A DNA stretch of 64,000 nucleotides from Lytechinus pictus (Eukaryota). Shown one piece after another: positions 63,501 to 64,000 of this stretch. The stretch covers positions 6,760,001 to 6,824,000 of the forward strand of contig NC_087251.1 in NCBI RefSeq assembly GCF_037042905.1, read 5' to 3'. The position numbers were made by a program, and so were the translations under genes. How positions within the stretch are numbered: the first letter of the stretch is position 1; each line of letters begins with the position of its first letter. Under the pieces are notes generated by a model. That model ran no database searches. It was not told the origin of the DNA and worked only from the letters and a program-made list of their open reading frames with translations.

Positions 63501-64000
63501 TGACAATTAGACACCAAAGACCAAGCCTTAATAGAAAAACCCTTAAGCAAAAGTTAATGAGTTCTTTATACTATCAAGATTTCATGAATTAGGTAATAGT
63601 AGATATATTTCATCACTTGCCTAGTGGACTCTCTGATAAAGGTCGTATACCTAATTATCTCTCTCTTGTCCTTTTCCTTGTCTTGTCCAAAGGGTAGGTA
63701 ACCATTCTCTAGTGGCGGGAGAGTTAGTAAATGAAGGAGTACCACTGATAAAGTTATTTTAAGTGTGAGCCTACACAATCAAATAGGAATAATCAGAGAT
63801 ATAGGGTGCAGAAAGATATATCCACCAGTATTCAAATCATCCTAAAAATAAAATTAATTGATTGTTGATTATTAAATGTATTTGCTTTTTATGAGGAGCC
63901 ATAACATCGAATGCTTGCAGTGTTTCTTACTTAATAATTATTCCATCAAAAGTACTTATATAGTCAGTCTTGCTCCATTTTGAATGTAGTCTATGATTCA

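Overview
This is AT-rich (roughly one-third GC by eye) non-coding eukaryotic DNA. It is most likely echinoderm or sea urchin, which I infer from the repeat types, the frequent poly-C/G runs and the recurring TAGGCCTA motif. I find no credible protein-coding ORF, rRNA, intact tRNA gene or CRISPR array; the ORF track is made up of short chance ORFs and microsatellite or low-complexity translations. The host sequence is visibly CpG-depleted and its pyrimidine tracts lie mostly on the + strand, consistent with the inside of a very large methylated intron. One 34-nt candidate exon lies at 35584-35617. The identifiable content is a varied set of non-autonomous mobile elements, most defined by terminal inverted repeats (TIRs) and target-site duplications (TSDs). 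These are TTAA/Kolobok-like MITEs, TWA- and CWG-target PIF/Harbinger-like MITEs, an 8-bp-TSD hAT MITE, two long foldback elements, poly-G/C-terminal elements, a Helentron/HINE-like element with a tandem core, and two tRNA-derived SINEs. There are also local tandem duplications and microsatellites. The most interesting observations are a variant minimal hammerhead-ribozyme motif (31691-31730, - strand), a foldback built from mirrored 53-bp arrays, nuclear-receptor and RFX motif clusters, and candidate splice or ratchet sites. I see no firm evidence of a new multi-gene system.
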